Shown here piece after piece: positions 27,765 to 38,800 of a stretch of 64,000 nucleotides of DNA (within the stretch, counting starts at the first letter, position 1; every line of letters starts with the position of its first letter). The notes below the pieces were generated by a model, which was not told the origin of the DNA, made no database searches, and worked only from the letters and a program-made list of their open reading frames with translations. The position numbers and the translations under genes were made by a program. The stretch comes from Hyphomicrobium sp. (GTDB taxonomy: Bacteria > Pseudomonadota > Alphaproteobacteria > Rhizobiales > Hyphomicrobiaceae), in contig NZ_JBHYDS010000011.1 in assembly GCF_051860585.1 (NCBI RefSeq), forward strand, positions 27,093 through 91,092, written 5' to 3'.

Positions 27765-29219
27765 CTAGAATTTGGTCAGGTACTGGTCGACTTCCCATTG
27801 CGAGATCGAATTGTGGTAGTTCCACCACTCGGCCTTCTTGAGAGAAATGTAGGATTTGAAGAGGTCGTCGCCCATGACCCGGCGGCCGAGGTCATCGGCT
27901 TCAAAGGCCTCGATCGACTCGATCAGCGTACGCGGCAGCTGCTTGACGCCACGCCGCTCGAGCTCCTGATCCGGCAGCTCGTACATGTTCACGAGATCGG
28001 GGTCGCCGGGATCGAGATCCTGCTCCACTCCATCAAGGCCGGCAGCAAGGAACATTGCGGCCGAGAGGTAGGGGTTTGTCGACGGATCGACGGCGCGGCA
28101 TTCCCATCTGGTGCTCGATAGGTTGATGCCCGTCTCGCTGGCGTGATCGCCTTCGATCTGAGGCCGCAGCATCGGAACTCGGAACATGTGCGTGCGATTG
28201 TTGCCGCCGTAGGAAATGAAAATCGGCGCCCAGGTGTAACCCGTCATCGAGCCCGATTTGATCAGGCGCTTGTAGGAATTGACGATCGGGCAACTGGTGG
28301 CGACGATGGCCGCGGCGTGTTTGCGCATGCCGCCGAGGAACTGGTAGGCCTTTTTGGACAGACCGCAGCCGCGCTTGTCGTTGGGATCACCCGAGATGTT
28401 CTTGCCTGTCTTGATGTCGGCGATCGACATGTTGAAGTGCGCGCCGGACCCGGTCCGGTCGGCGTACGGCTTCGCCATCATGGTCGCTTCCCAGCCGTAC
28501 TTCCTGGCGATCTCCTTCATCATGAGCCGCCAGATGATGAAGCGGTCACACATCGTCATGACGTCGGCATAGGCGAAATCGAACTCGAACTGGCCGTTGG
28601 CGTCCTCGTGATCGAGCGAGTGAACCTGCCAGCCGAGTTTGTCCATCGCGGTGACGACGTCGTGGAGAAATTCCATGTTCAGTAGAGTCAGCGAAACGTC
28701 GTAGGCGGCCTTTGGAATGTTGTCGCGCGGATCGTTGGGCGCGATGCCGTTGTGAAACGACTGATCCTTGCGCACGACGTAAACTTCGCACTCAATGCCG
28801 AGGTTGAACTTCAACCCCAACTTTGCTGCACGCTCAACCTGCCTAGCAAGGATACTGCGAGAGCACATGGGCCACGGCTGATTGTGATAGCTGAGCTGCC
28901 CAGGTATGAGCGCCACGTTGGGGCGCCAGGGGAGCTGGACGACAGCGTCCGGATCCGGGATGACCGCGAGTTCGTCATCGTGCGGGCCTTGCCCCAATCC
29001 GTCGAGGGCGGCACCGGTGAACAGCTCCGAACCGCGCATCATGCGATCGAAGTGGCTTATGGGCACGACTTTGGTTTTGGGAATGCCGTGCACATCGACG
29101 TAGCAGGGCATGCAGTACTCGACGCCTTTATCAATAAGGCTCTGCATTGTCTCGCGCGCAGGACCTTCTTCCTGCGTGCCCTTCGCCTTCACCTTTGCCT
29201 TGTTTGTAACGTCGCCCAT
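27765..29219 (-). CDS. glnT: Type III glutamine synthetase-like ligase (gamma-glutamylmethylamide synthetase/GlnT-like)
   Basis: FTGAALDG, GIECE, LDHEDANGQFEFDF, KPYADRTGSGAHF, YGGNNRTHMFRVP, ECRAVD; GGAGG RBS. Confidence 0.8.
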   Translation of the reverse strand: MGDVTNKAKVKAKGTQEEGPARETMQSLIDKGVEYCMPCYVDVHGIPKTKVVPISHFDRMMRGSELFTGAALDGLGQGPHDDELAVIPDPDAVVQLPWRPNVALIPGQLSYHNQPWPMCSRSILARQVERAAKLGLKFNLGIECEVYVVRKDQSFHNGIAPNDPRDNIPKAAYDVSLTLLNMEFLHDVVTAMDKLGWQVHSLDHEDANGQFEFDFAYADVMTMCDRFIIWRLMMKEIARKYGWEATMMAKPYADRTGSGAHFNMSIADIKTGKNISGDPNDKRGCGLSKKAYQFLGGMRKHAAAIVATSCPIVNSYKRLIKSGSMTGYTWAPIFISYGGNNRTHMFRVPMLRPQIEGDHASETGINLSSTRWECRAVDPSTNPYLSAAMFLAAGLDGVEQDLDPGDPDLVNMYELPDQELERRGVKQLPRTLIESIEAFEADDLGRRVMGDDLFKSYISLKKAEWWNYHNSISQWEVDQYLTKF

Positions 29220-29444
29220 GAGCGCACTCTCCTCCCGTCGGCGTGTGCTGCGGCCCGCTATCCGGGACACATCGATCGGCTGGAAGAGGCGTGGGTCCTA
29301 CGTGCGTGACGCGACCAAAACACAAGACGGCCGCTCGGCGTCCGTAGAATTCAAAATGCTATTTCAGTCCCCGTTCCTCCCAGGCGGGCAGTCTGCGGAA
29401 CCTGCCGCGACCGCCTCGTTAGCAGAGCGCATAGTACGGAGTGT

Positions 29445-29462
29445 TAATTGATTAGTCAATTA
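29445..29462. promoter_or_regulatory. Palindromic operator upstream of the glnT operon
   Basis: TAATTGA-TTAG-TCAATTA. Confidence 0.7.
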
Positions 29463-29526
29463 TCAATTTACGTTTCATGATGTCGCTTCCAAAAAAATGT
29501 ATATTGGAAACGTCGCGCAACGCGTG

Positions 29527-30228
29527 TCAGCGCCGCGTCTTGCGCGTCGTCTTCGGCTGCGCTTCGCTTTCGAGATGATCGAGAACGAAGCGATGCAGGT
29601 CGCCGACGGCAGCCTTGAGCGGGAAATCCGGAAGAATGACCATGCGCACCATGCACCCATCGAGGTGGGTCGAGATGAATTGCGCCATACGACCGGGATC
29701 GACGCGCTTGAACCGTCCCTGATCGATACCAAGCCGGATGAAGCGCGACAGCAGTTCCCGTTCTTTGGCGTAGAAACTTGCGATCGTCGCATCCACAGCC
29801 GGATCCCGCTCCGACGAGCCTTTGTAGTCGAGGGCAATCTTCACGAAGTGATGAATTTCCGCGTAGCGCTCGACGTGATTGTCGAGCCACGCCGAAATGA
29901 GATCGGCGGGATCCGCACTGCCACCTTCGATGGCGCGCATGTTCGCAAACGCATTCTCCAAGGCGAAGTCGATTGCCGCCCGAAAGAGATCCGTCTTGTT
30001 CTCGAAGTAGTAATAGATCAGCGCCGTGTTGACGCCTAAAGACTGCGCGATGTCCTTGATCGTGACGGATGCGAAGTTGCTCTCCGCGAAGAGGTTGAGC
30101 GCTGCTTTTAGGAATTCGGCTTCCCGGCCCTTCGGCCTCTCGGCCGCCGCGGGCGCCAGCGCCGCCTTACGGGCAGCGGAAGCCACTCGAACCGAACGCG
30201 CGGCATCCTTGGATTTCCGGTTCGACAT
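29527..30228 (-). CDS. TetR family regulator
   Basis: AALNLFAESNFASVTIKDIAQSLGVNTALIYYYFENK. Confidence 0.95.
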   Translation of the reverse strand: MSNRKSKDAARSVRVASAARKAALAPAAAERPKGREAEFLKAALNLFAESNFASVTIKDIAQSLGVNTALIYYYFENKTDLFRAAIDFALENAFANMRAIEGGSADPADLISAWLDNHVERYAEIHHFVKIALDYKGSSERDPAVDATIASFYAKERELLSRFIRLGIDQGRFKRVDPGRMAQFISTHLDGCMVRMVILPDFPLKAAVGDLHRFVLDHLESEAQPKTTRKTRR

Positions 30229-30357
30229 CAGTTCCCCTTCGCCTTCGAAATAACTCGTGAGGTCTTGTCGTGCTGCGCAGTGCAGCCGGAGCTTAGCGCG
30301 CATCCCGCTCCGAATTCAAACTGACGCTTGCTTTCGGTTCAATGCTGAGCAATTATT

Positions 30358-30375
30358 TAATTAAACAACCAATTA
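30358..30375. promoter_or_regulatory. Related operator between the TetR and DUF1116 genes
   Basis: TAATTAA-ACAA-CCAATTA, imperfect version of 29445-62. Confidence 0.55.
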
Positions 30376-30394
30376 ATTTTGGAAGGTGGAGAAG

Positions 30395-31648
30395 ATGCAA
30401 GACGGGACCGATCTTCGATCCGATGCAAACGCCCATGCCTTCAACTCTTTGGTTACGGCAGACCCTGTTCTGTTGGACGTGCAGCCTGCGATTGATGTCG
30501 TTCCAGGAATGACGAGAACCACGATCCTGACGTCTGGCCCCCCAATGCCGTGGGAGAAATACACAGGCGGCCAGAGGAATGCGATCCTTGGTGGAATATT
30601 ATTCGAAGGCCTCGCCTCGAATCGTGACGAAGCGATTGCAAAGCTCCAAGCCGGCGAAATCACCCTTGCGGGCTGCCACGACCACGCGTGCGTGGGATCG
30701 CTGGCAGGCATCTATACCGCGTCGATGCCAGTCTTTGTCGTCACCAACAAGGCAGCGGACAACACGGCGTTCTGCAATATGTACGAGGGCAGCAATCCTC
30801 GCCGCCTCAACTACGGCGTCTACGACGACGGCGTTCGCGATCGGCTCATGTTCGTGCAGAATGAAGTCGCGCCCGTCATTGCCGAAGCGGTTCGCAAGAC
30901 TGGTGGCATCCCCCTCAAGCCGATCATGAAGCGAGCGCTCACCATGGGCGACGAGCTTCATTCGAGGAACGTGGCCGCAGCCTTGCTTTTCCTCAGGGAA
31001 CTGATGCCGGCCTTGCTTTCGATGGCGACAACCGGACCCGGCAGGATCGCGCGCGCTGTCCAGGCCATGACGGATGACCAGTATTTCTTCCTGCGCCTGT
31101 CGATGGCCGCGGCGAAAACAACTGCCGACGCGGCGCGAAATGTCGAGCGATCGAGCATCGTTACGGCCATGGCATTCAATTGCCGAGGCTTCGCCATTCG
31201 CGTCAGCGGCCTCGGCGACACATGGTACGAAGGACCAAGCGCAACAGTGCAAGCCAAGCTCTTTGAAGGACATACCGAGGACGAGATCACTTGGATGGGC
31301 GGAGAGAGCATCATCACCGAGACAATTGGGCTCGGAGGATTTGCACAGGCGGCCGCGCCTGCATTGCAGAACTACCAAGGCGGTTCTTACGAGCCGATGA
31401 TCGCGCGAAACAGAGAGCTCTACCGCATTACGTTCGGCGAGAACCCGGACTACCTCGTCGCGGCTCTCGACTATCGCGGCACACCGACAGGCATCGATAT
31501 CTTCAAGGTCGTCGAAAGCGGAGTTTTACCGACGATGGACATCGGCATTGCCGGCCGTGACGGAGGCCAGATCGGCGCTGGAATCGTACGTGCGCCGCTG
31601 GCTTGTTTCGAGGCCGCAGCGGCGGCCTATCGAGAGCGCTACGCCTGA
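30395..31648 (+). CDS. DUF1116 / YlbE-YahG family protein (AllG oxamate carbamoyltransferase subunit-like)
   Basis: GPPMPW..TGGQRNA, CHDHACVG..AG, MGDELHSRN, GGESIITETIGLGG, GTPTGID. Confidence 0.8.
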   Translation: MQDGTDLRSDANAHAFNSLVTADPVLLDVQPAIDVVPGMTRTTILTSGPPMPWEKYTGGQRNAILGGILFEGLASNRDEAIAKLQAGEITLAGCHDHACVGSLAGIYTASMPVFVVTNKAADNTAFCNMYEGSNPRRLNYGVYDDGVRDRLMFVQNEVAPVIAEAVRKTGGIPLKPIMKRALTMGDELHSRNVAAALLFLRELMPALLSMATTGPGRIARAVQAMTDDQYFFLRLSMAAAKTTADAARNVERSSIVTAMAFNCRGFAIRVSGLGDTWYEGPSATVQAKLFEGHTEDEITWMGGESIITETIGLGGFAQAAAPALQNYQGGSYEPMIARNRELYRITFGENPDYLVAALDYRGTPTGIDIFKVVESGVLPTMDIGIAGRDGGQIGAGIVRAPLACFEAAAAAYRERYA

Positions 31649-31869
31649 TGGATGCGCGCCAAGGCTACCTGTGCTGCAATGTCGTCGGTGAGGCGCTCCA
31701 GTGATGCCAATATCAGCGCGACGCATCGTGTTGCAAGCTCGCTTCCAAAGCCAAAGCACACCCTGCAGAGTGGCGCAGCTGGCGACAAATTGCGTAGGAT
31801 CCCCCTTGCGAACGAATTGGTTTGTCCGCGATTTCGACAAGTCGGCGCCGAGCCACAATGGAGATAGGA

Positions 31870-32499
31870 ATGAAGGCTTTCGTTCTGTCATCGAGTCCTC
31901 GCCGCAACGGCAATTCGTCGATCCTGGCGCAAGCCGTTCGCGATGGTCTCAACGAGGCCGGCCACGATGTCGAGTTCGCTTACGCTGACGACTTCATTGG
32001 CTCCTTCCTTCGGGATTGCCGACAATGCCGCAAGCCGGACGGGGAATGCGCAATCGACGACGGATTCCGCTCCGTCTTCTTCGAGCGGTATCTCCCGGCG
32101 GACGGCTTCATCGCCGCGACGCCGATCTACTGGTACGGCGCAGCAGCGCAGCTCAAGGCCTTTTTCGATCGGGCATTCTGCTACTACGCCGCATCCCACC
32201 CTCAATCTGCAGAGGTGATTGAGGGCATGCTCGGCAAGCGCGTCGGTCTCGTGTTGAGCTCGGAAGAGACCTTTCCCATGGTCTCGGGCGGCATCGTCAG
32301 CCAGATCCAGGAGTTTTCGCGCTACACGCGTTCGACGTTTGTCGGCGTCGTGCATGGGGTTGGCAACGCGCGAGGCGACGTCCACAAGGATCCGCTTGAT
32401 CCGGTCGGATGCGCGCGCCGGTTCGGGCACGAATTTTTCACGCGCCATGCCACGGACTATCAGCTCGACACCCCACGCTCGGGACGTGTTTGGGGTTAG
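31870..32499 (+). CDS. NADPH-dependent FMN reductase / flavodoxin-like protein
   Basis: SSPRRNGNS, CRQC...C, TPIYWYG..AQLKAFFDR. Confidence 0.9.
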   Translation: MKAFVLSSSPRRNGNSSILAQAVRDGLNEAGHDVEFAYADDFIGSFLRDCRQCRKPDGECAIDDGFRSVFFERYLPADGFIAATPIYWYGAAAQLKAFFDRAFCYYAASHPQSAEVIEGMLGKRVGLVLSSEETFPMVSGGIVSQIQEFSRYTRSTFVGVVHGVGNARGDVHKDPLDPVGCARRFGHEFFTRHATDYQLDTPRSGRVWG

Positions 32500-32689
32500 A
32501 CCCTACGTGCGGCCGGCGAGCGCTCCGGTTCCCGGGGAAAATGATCCGCATGAGAGAGAATGGTATCCGCCGCGCTTCTGAGAGAGTTGGGATGTTCGGT
32601 TTTGAATGCCGATGACGCTATTTGCGACTCGTGTCATTCGGCCCTACGTGCATCAGCTTCGCAGAACGGGGTGGAGTTGATCTCCATCA

Positions 32690-32890
32690 CAGCGGGGAAC
32701 CAAATATCACCCCCGGCCAAGATTGAAAAACTAGCCGAATCAGCTCGTCAGGCTTGCGCTCGACTTGCCCTGCGCGAGGTCAGCGTCACGGACCAAAAGA
32801 TCCGGATTTTGGGGTCAAGCAACCGATCGTGCGGGCCTCGGCTCGCACCGTCTTCTCGTCGATCCGCTAACGAGTGGCTTGAAACGAAAA
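32690..32890 (+). pseudogene. Possible relic of a large serine recombinase C-terminus
   Basis: ISPPAKIEKLA..EVSVTDQKIRILGS..RSANEW recalls C-termini of alphaproteobacterial recombinases; no intact N-terminus. Confidence 0.3.
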
Positions 32891-32980
32891 ATTCTCAGTC
32901 CAAGGGATAATTTCGGTGTTCCTCTCATTTAGGTGTCCGACTCGCGTTAAGGCTTTGGTCGCTCTCGGTGGGGACCTTCA

Positions 32981-34489
32981 ATGCCTAGGAAGGCTTGCAA
33001 GCACCAAACGCGAATCGAACTGTCGCGCGCGGCCACGCTGTTCCGGTGCGGGACTGCTTGTTGGGCGTTGTTGGCCGGCGGGTGCGCGGTCGGCCCCGAC
33101 TACATTCGACCCGATCTCAATCTTCCTGCAGCCTACCTCCCCGGTAACGAACCACCGGCGGTCAAGAATGATGCCCAGCGCTTTGTCGAATCACGCGGTT
33201 TGCCCGCGCGATGGTGGCTGGTGTTTGGGTCCAACAAGATCAACTCCCTCGTGGATATGGCTTTTGCGCAAAATCCATCTGTCGGCGAAGCCATCGCCGC
33301 GTTGGAACAAGCCAAATGGAATGTCCGCGCTCAGGAAGGAGCCTTTTTTCCGCAAATCACCGGAGAGTGGGCATCAACACGCCAGAAGCTGGCGGCCCCG
33401 GAGACCGCTCCTCCGCGATTCAAAGGCGAAATCTTCACGCTCCATACGCCGCAGGTGAATGTGGGGTTCCTTCCTGACGTATGGGGGAAGAACCGCCGCG
33501 CCGTCGAAACTCTGATGTCCGTCGCGGATGCGCAATATTACGAGTTGGAAGCCACCTATCTGACACTTGCAACGAACGTCGTCGTGGCAGTGATTGAAGA
33601 AGCCTCGCTCGCCGAGCAGATCGCGGCCACGCGCGATATCGTAAATATCAACAAACGCATTCTCGGCGTGCTCGACAAGGAATTCAAAGCGGGAACCGCA
33701 TCGGGGCTCGACGTGGCGTCCCAGGAAGCCCAGCTCGCGCAAGCTCAATCGCTCCTGCCTCCCCTTGAAAAAGCCTATGCGCAGCAGCGCAATCTGATTG
33801 CAGTATTGACAGGAAACTTTCCCGCTGACGCGGATTGGACCCCGACGAGCCTGAACGGTATCCGTCTCGAGCGCGAGTTGCCCGTCATCCTCCCCTCACA
33901 GCTCATCGAGCAGCGTCCCGATGTGCGTGGTGCGGAAGCGCAAGTCCACGCCGCAAGCGCGGAAATTGGCGTTGCAACAGCGAACCTGCTGCCGCAGTTC
34001 GGGATTAGCGGCGATGTCGGATCTTCCGCGCGATTGCTGTCGGATCTGTTCACGCCTCAATCGCTCGTGTGGTCACTCACGGGTAGCATCATACAGCCGA
34101 TCTTCAAGGGCGGCACACTGCTGGCACAAAAACGCGCGGCCGAGGCAGCATTCCTCGAGGCGGCGTCCGCCTATCGCTCGACAGTTCTGACTGCCGTGCA
34201 GAACGTGGCCGATGTCCTGCGTGCGATCGAAGCAGACAACAATGCCGTCCGCGCCGCGCTCGCCTATGCGAAAGCATCCGAGAAGGCTCTGAACATGGTG
34301 GAGACGGAGTTGCGAGCAGGCCAGGTCGCGATCTCCGTTCTACTCACATCTCAGCAGAATTATCAGCAGTCGAGGCTTTCCGTCATTCAAGCGCGCGCGC
34401 TACTGCTCGCGGATACGGCCGCCCTGTTTCAGGCCCTCGGTGGCGGCTGGTGGGACAGCGATGCAAGCCTAATCGCAGCCGTGGAGTGA
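32981..34489 (+). CDS. NodT/OprM-type efflux outer membrane lipoprotein
   Basis: LAGGC lipobox, VGPDY.RP, WW..F, RPDVRGAE, LFQALGGGWW. Confidence 0.93.
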   Translation: MPRKACKHQTRIELSRAATLFRCGTACWALLAGGCAVGPDYIRPDLNLPAAYLPGNEPPAVKNDAQRFVESRGLPARWWLVFGSNKINSLVDMAFAQNPSVGEAIAALEQAKWNVRAQEGAFFPQITGEWASTRQKLAAPETAPPRFKGEIFTLHTPQVNVGFLPDVWGKNRRAVETLMSVADAQYYELEATYLTLATNVVVAVIEEASLAEQIAATRDIVNINKRILGVLDKEFKAGTASGLDVASQEAQLAQAQSLLPPLEKAYAQQRNLIAVLTGNFPADADWTPTSLNGIRLERELPVILPSQLIEQRPDVRGAEAQVHAASAEIGVATANLLPQFGISGDVGSSARLLSDLFTPQSLVWSLTGSIIQPIFKGGTLLAQKRAAEAAFLEAASAYRSTVLTAVQNVADVLRAIEADNNAVRAALAYAKASEKALNMVETELRAGQVAISVLLTSQQNYQQSRLSVIQARALLLADTAALFQALGGGWWDSDASLIAAVE

Positions 34490-34607
34490 GACCGGTGCTT
34501 TTCGCGGTATCGCGTGAGACCCGCAGGCTGGCCGCCGGCAGCACCGGTCCGGAGCTGTACGGAGCATCTTGAATAGCCTACGCTGCGTCGCGTAACGTGA
34601 ATACAAG

Positions 34608-35843
34608 ATGCGGTTTGCCATGGAATGCGATCTATCGTTCCTGTCATTTACCAAGTTCGCGCAAGGCGCCGGTCGCGCTCCACGTATCGTCGTCCGCAGA
34701 TATCTCGTAGGGTCAATCCTCTTGGCAGCAATGTTGGCCGTCGGAGCCTGCGGCCAAAACAATACCTATGTGCCCCCGCCTCCGCCGAAGGTCGACCTCG
34801 CATTTCCGCTCAAGCAGACCGTCGAGCAGTACCTCCTGTCCACCGGCAGCACGGCCGCCGTTAACAGCACATCGCTCGTTGCACGCGTTCCCGGGTTCCT
34901 TCAGGCGATCAACTACAAGGACGGCGACGCGGTCAAAGCCGGCACCGTCTTGTTCGTCATCGAACAGAGGCCGTACCAGCTTGCGCTCGAACAGGCCCAG
35001 GCTGGACAAGCGAGTGCCGTGGCGTCGACAAAGCAGGCACAGGCGGACTATGCACGCCAGTCGGAGCTCGCGGCGCAAAAGATCTCGAGCCAAGCGACCC
35101 TCGATCAATCCACCGCTTCCAAGCAATCCGCAGTTGCAAAGGAGAAGCAGGCGGATGTGGACGTCGAGCAGGCCCAGCTCAACCTCAACTACACGGAAGT
35201 GAAGGCCCCGTTCGACGGTATCGTCACGGCGCGAGAGGTTTCGCTCGGCCAGTACGTCGGGGCCGGTTCCGCCACGACGCTGGCCACGATCGTCCAACTC
35301 AATCCGATCTACGTCAATTTTTCCGTCAGCGAAACCGAGGTGCAGCGCATTCGCGCCAACTTCCAGGCGCGCGGAATTACTCCTGAGGACCTGAAGAAAA
35401 TTCCAGTCGAGGTCGGGCTGCAGACCGAGACGGGATTTCCGCATCGAGGGACGCTCGACTATGCGACGCCCGGTGTCACCGCGACAACCGGCACATTGCT
35501 GGTTCGTGCGATCCTGGAGAATGCCAAGCGGCAGCTTTTGCCCGGCTACTTTGTCCGCGTGCGCGTACCTCTGCAAAGCCAGCCAGACGCGCTTCTGGTT
35601 CCGGACCACGTGATAGGCAGCGATCAGGGCGGGCGCTACGTGCTCGTTGCAGGAAAGGACGATGTCGTTGCCCAGCGGAAGGTCGAGCTCGGCCAGCAGG
35701 CAGGGGACTTGCGCGTCATCACCAAGGGCCTCGAGGTCAGCGACCGCATCCTGATAACCGGCTTGATGAGCGTGGTTGCGGGACAGAAGATCGATCCGGT
35801 CATGCGGGACCTATCCGGCGTTGAGCAAGGCGCTCCGCAATGA
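34608..35843 (+). CDS. RND periplasmic adaptor
   Basis: VGAC lipobox, ARVPGFL, APFDG, LLPGYFVRVR. Confidence 0.93.
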   Translation: MRFAMECDLSFLSFTKFAQGAGRAPRIVVRRYLVGSILLAAMLAVGACGQNNTYVPPPPPKVDLAFPLKQTVEQYLLSTGSTAAVNSTSLVARVPGFLQAINYKDGDAVKAGTVLFVIEQRPYQLALEQAQAGQASAVASTKQAQADYARQSELAAQKISSQATLDQSTASKQSAVAKEKQADVDVEQAQLNLNYTEVKAPFDGIVTAREVSLGQYVGAGSATTLATIVQLNPIYVNFSVSETEVQRIRANFQARGITPEDLKKIPVEVGLQTETGFPHRGTLDYATPGVTATTGTLLVRAILENAKRQLLPGYFVRVRVPLQSQPDALLVPDHVIGSDQGGRYVLVAGKDDVVAQRKVELGQQAGDLRVITKGLEVSDRILITGLMSVVAGQKIDPVMRDLSGVEQGAPQ

Positions 35844-38800
35844 TCTCAAAATTCTTCATCGAGCGCCCGGTCCTTGCGAACGTCATCGCGATCCTGATGG
35901 TCGTCATCGGTACGGTCGCCGTTTTCCGCCTGCCCGTTTCGCAATACCCCAACGTCGTCCCGCCGACGGTCCAGGTGACAGCGCGGTATCCCGGCGCGAG
36001 TGCGCGAACTGTTATCGACACCGTTGCACTCCCGATTGAGCAGCAAGTGAACGGCGTGGAGGGCATGCTCTACATGCAGTCCTTCGCGACGTCCGACGGC
36101 ACGTACGCACTCACGGTGACCTTCGAGATCGGCACGGATCTCAACGCGGCGCAGGTTCTCGTACAGAACCGCGTTTCGTCGGCCATGGCGTCTCTGCCGC
36201 AATCCGTCCAGACCCAGGGCGTGGTGGTTCAGAAGAAGTCGACGGCCATCCTGCAGATCATCACCCTGACCTCGCCGGACAACAGCTTCGACAGCCTTTA
36301 CCTCAGCAATTACGGAACGATTAAGCTCAAGGACGAGCTCGCTCGTCTCCCGGGCGTGGGTAACGTCAACGTCTTCGGTGCTGGCCAGTATTCGATGCGC
36401 ATTTGGCTCGACCCAGCCAGCATGCAGGCGCGCAATCTCAACGCCCAGGACGTCATCCAGGCCCTTCAGCAACAGAGCGAGCAGGTCACGGCCGGACAGC
36501 TCGGTATGCCGCCTGCGCCGTCGACCCAGTCGTTTCAGTACACGATCGATGTCGTCAGCCGCTTCGATGACCCGGCTCAGTTCGCGAATGTCGTCGTAAA
36601 GACGGGCGCGAACGGCGATCTGACGCGCCTGCGGGATGTCGGACGCGTGGAACTCGGCGCGCAGACCTACAGCCAAGTCTTCAACCTTGACGGCAAGCAG
36701 GCCGCCGGGCTCGCGATATTTCAGACGCCTGGCGCGAACGCGCTCGATGTGGCGCAGCGCGTAGCTGACAAGATCCGGGTCTTGTCGCACGAGTTTCCGC
36801 AAGGAATGGCGTATTCCATCCCGTTCGACACGACCCTGTTCGTCCAGGCGGCGATATCGGAGGTCTACAAAACACTTCTCGAAGCTGCGGTGCTGGTCCT
36901 GATTGTCATTCTCGTATTCCTGCAGGACTGGCGGGCAACTCTTGTTCCGGCGACCACCGTGCCCGTGACGATCATCGGTGCCTTCGCCGCCATGGCTGCG
37001 CTCGGCTTCTCGATCAATCTGTCGACGCTGTTCGCCATCGTGCTGGCAATCGGCATCGTCGTGGACGACGCCATCGTCGTCGTCGAGGGCGCTGCGCACA
37101 AGATCGAGAAGGGCCTGTCGGGTCACGACGCGGCTATCGGCGCCATGAACGAACTCATGGGGCCAATCATCGGCATTACGCTGGTCCTGATGGCGGTGTT
37201 TCTTCCGGCGTCGTTTCTGCCCGGCCTGACCGGCCAGATGTACGCCCAGTTCGCCCTCGTGATTGCAGCTACCGCACTCATCAGCGCCATCAACGCCGCA
37301 ACGCTGAAGCCCACGCAATGCGCGCTCTGGCTGCGCCCTCCCGTACCGCCAGAGAAGCGCAACTTCTTCTATCGCGGCTTCAATGCGATCTACGACCGCG
37401 CCGAGAAAGGCTATTCGCGGCTCATCGGGTCCATGGTCCGGCACAGCGGCGTAATGGCGCTCATCGCGGCCGCGATCGTCGGCGCGGCGATTTACGGAAT
37501 GTCGCGCGCGCCGACCGGCTTCCTGCCCATCGAAGACCAAGGCTACCTGCTGGCCGCCGTACAGCTTCCGGATGGCGCAAGCCTCGACCGCACGCAGAAG
37601 ACCTTGCAACAAGTGGAGCAGATCGCGAACTCGGTTGACGGCGTCGAGCGGGTCATAACGATCGGGGGCATTTCGGTGCTCGACAACAGCGCCTCGCTCG
37701 CAAACGGCGGCGTCGCCTACATCATGCTCAAGGACTGGAGTGTGCGCGGCAAGGGACAAGATCTCGCGTCTCTCTACAAGACGATCAACGACAAGCTCAC
37801 CAATATGAAGGACGGAAACGTACTCGTCTTGCCGCCACCTCCCATCCAGGGCATCGGAAACGCGGGTGGCTTCACACTTCAGATCGAGCTGCGCGACGGC
37901 AGTTTTGATCTTTCCAAGTTGGGAAGCGCGACCACCGCCGTCGTCGCCGCCGCCAGCACCCAATCCGGCATTCAGCGCATTTCGACGTCCTTCCGGGCTA
38001 GCGCACCGCAGTACAAGGTCAATATCGATCGAGAGAAGGTGCAGGCGCTGCTACTGACGACCGATCAGGTGTTCTCGACTTTGGCCACGTACATGGGCTC
38101 AAGCTACGTGAGCCAGTTCAACAAATTCGGTCGCGTCTTCCAGATCTACGTTCAGGGCGACGCAAGCTTTCGTATGAACCCGGACGACGTTCTTCGCCTG
38201 AAAGCTCGCAATCAGAACGGCGACATGATCCCGCTAGGCACGGTTCTCACCATTGAGCCCAGCCTCGGGCCGTCATTGATCAGCCTCTATAATCTTTACC
38301 CATCCGCAACGGTCGTCGGCGTGCCGGCGAAAGGTTTCTCGTCCGGCGATATGATCGCGCTCATGGATGGGATCACGGCGCATACGTTGCCGACGGGAGT
38401 GGGCTCATCCTGGACGGCGCTGTCCTATCAAGAAAAGCTGGTTGGCGGGCAGATCTATTTCGTCTTCGCGCTCGCGATGCTGCTCGTGTATCTCGTCCTC
38501 GCAGGTCAGTACGAGAGCTGGTTTGCGCCGATGACGGTTCTCTTCGCAGTTCCACTCTCTCTGGTTGGACCCGTTCTGGTATTCCTGCTCTTGCGCATTG
38601 AGATCAATCTATACGCGCAGATCGGTCTCGTGCTCCTGATCGCGCTGTCGGCCAAGAACGCCATTCTGATCGTCGAGGTCGCGCGCGAATTGCGCCATGC
38701 CGGAAAGCCCATCTTGGACTCGGCGATTGAAGCCGCGCGCGCGCGCTTCCGTCCGATCCTCATGACATCGTTCACATTCGCATTAGGTGTACTGCCGCTC

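Noticed and set aside
35846-37963. 705-aa minus-strand ORF
   Set aside because: Antisense shadow of the RND permease.
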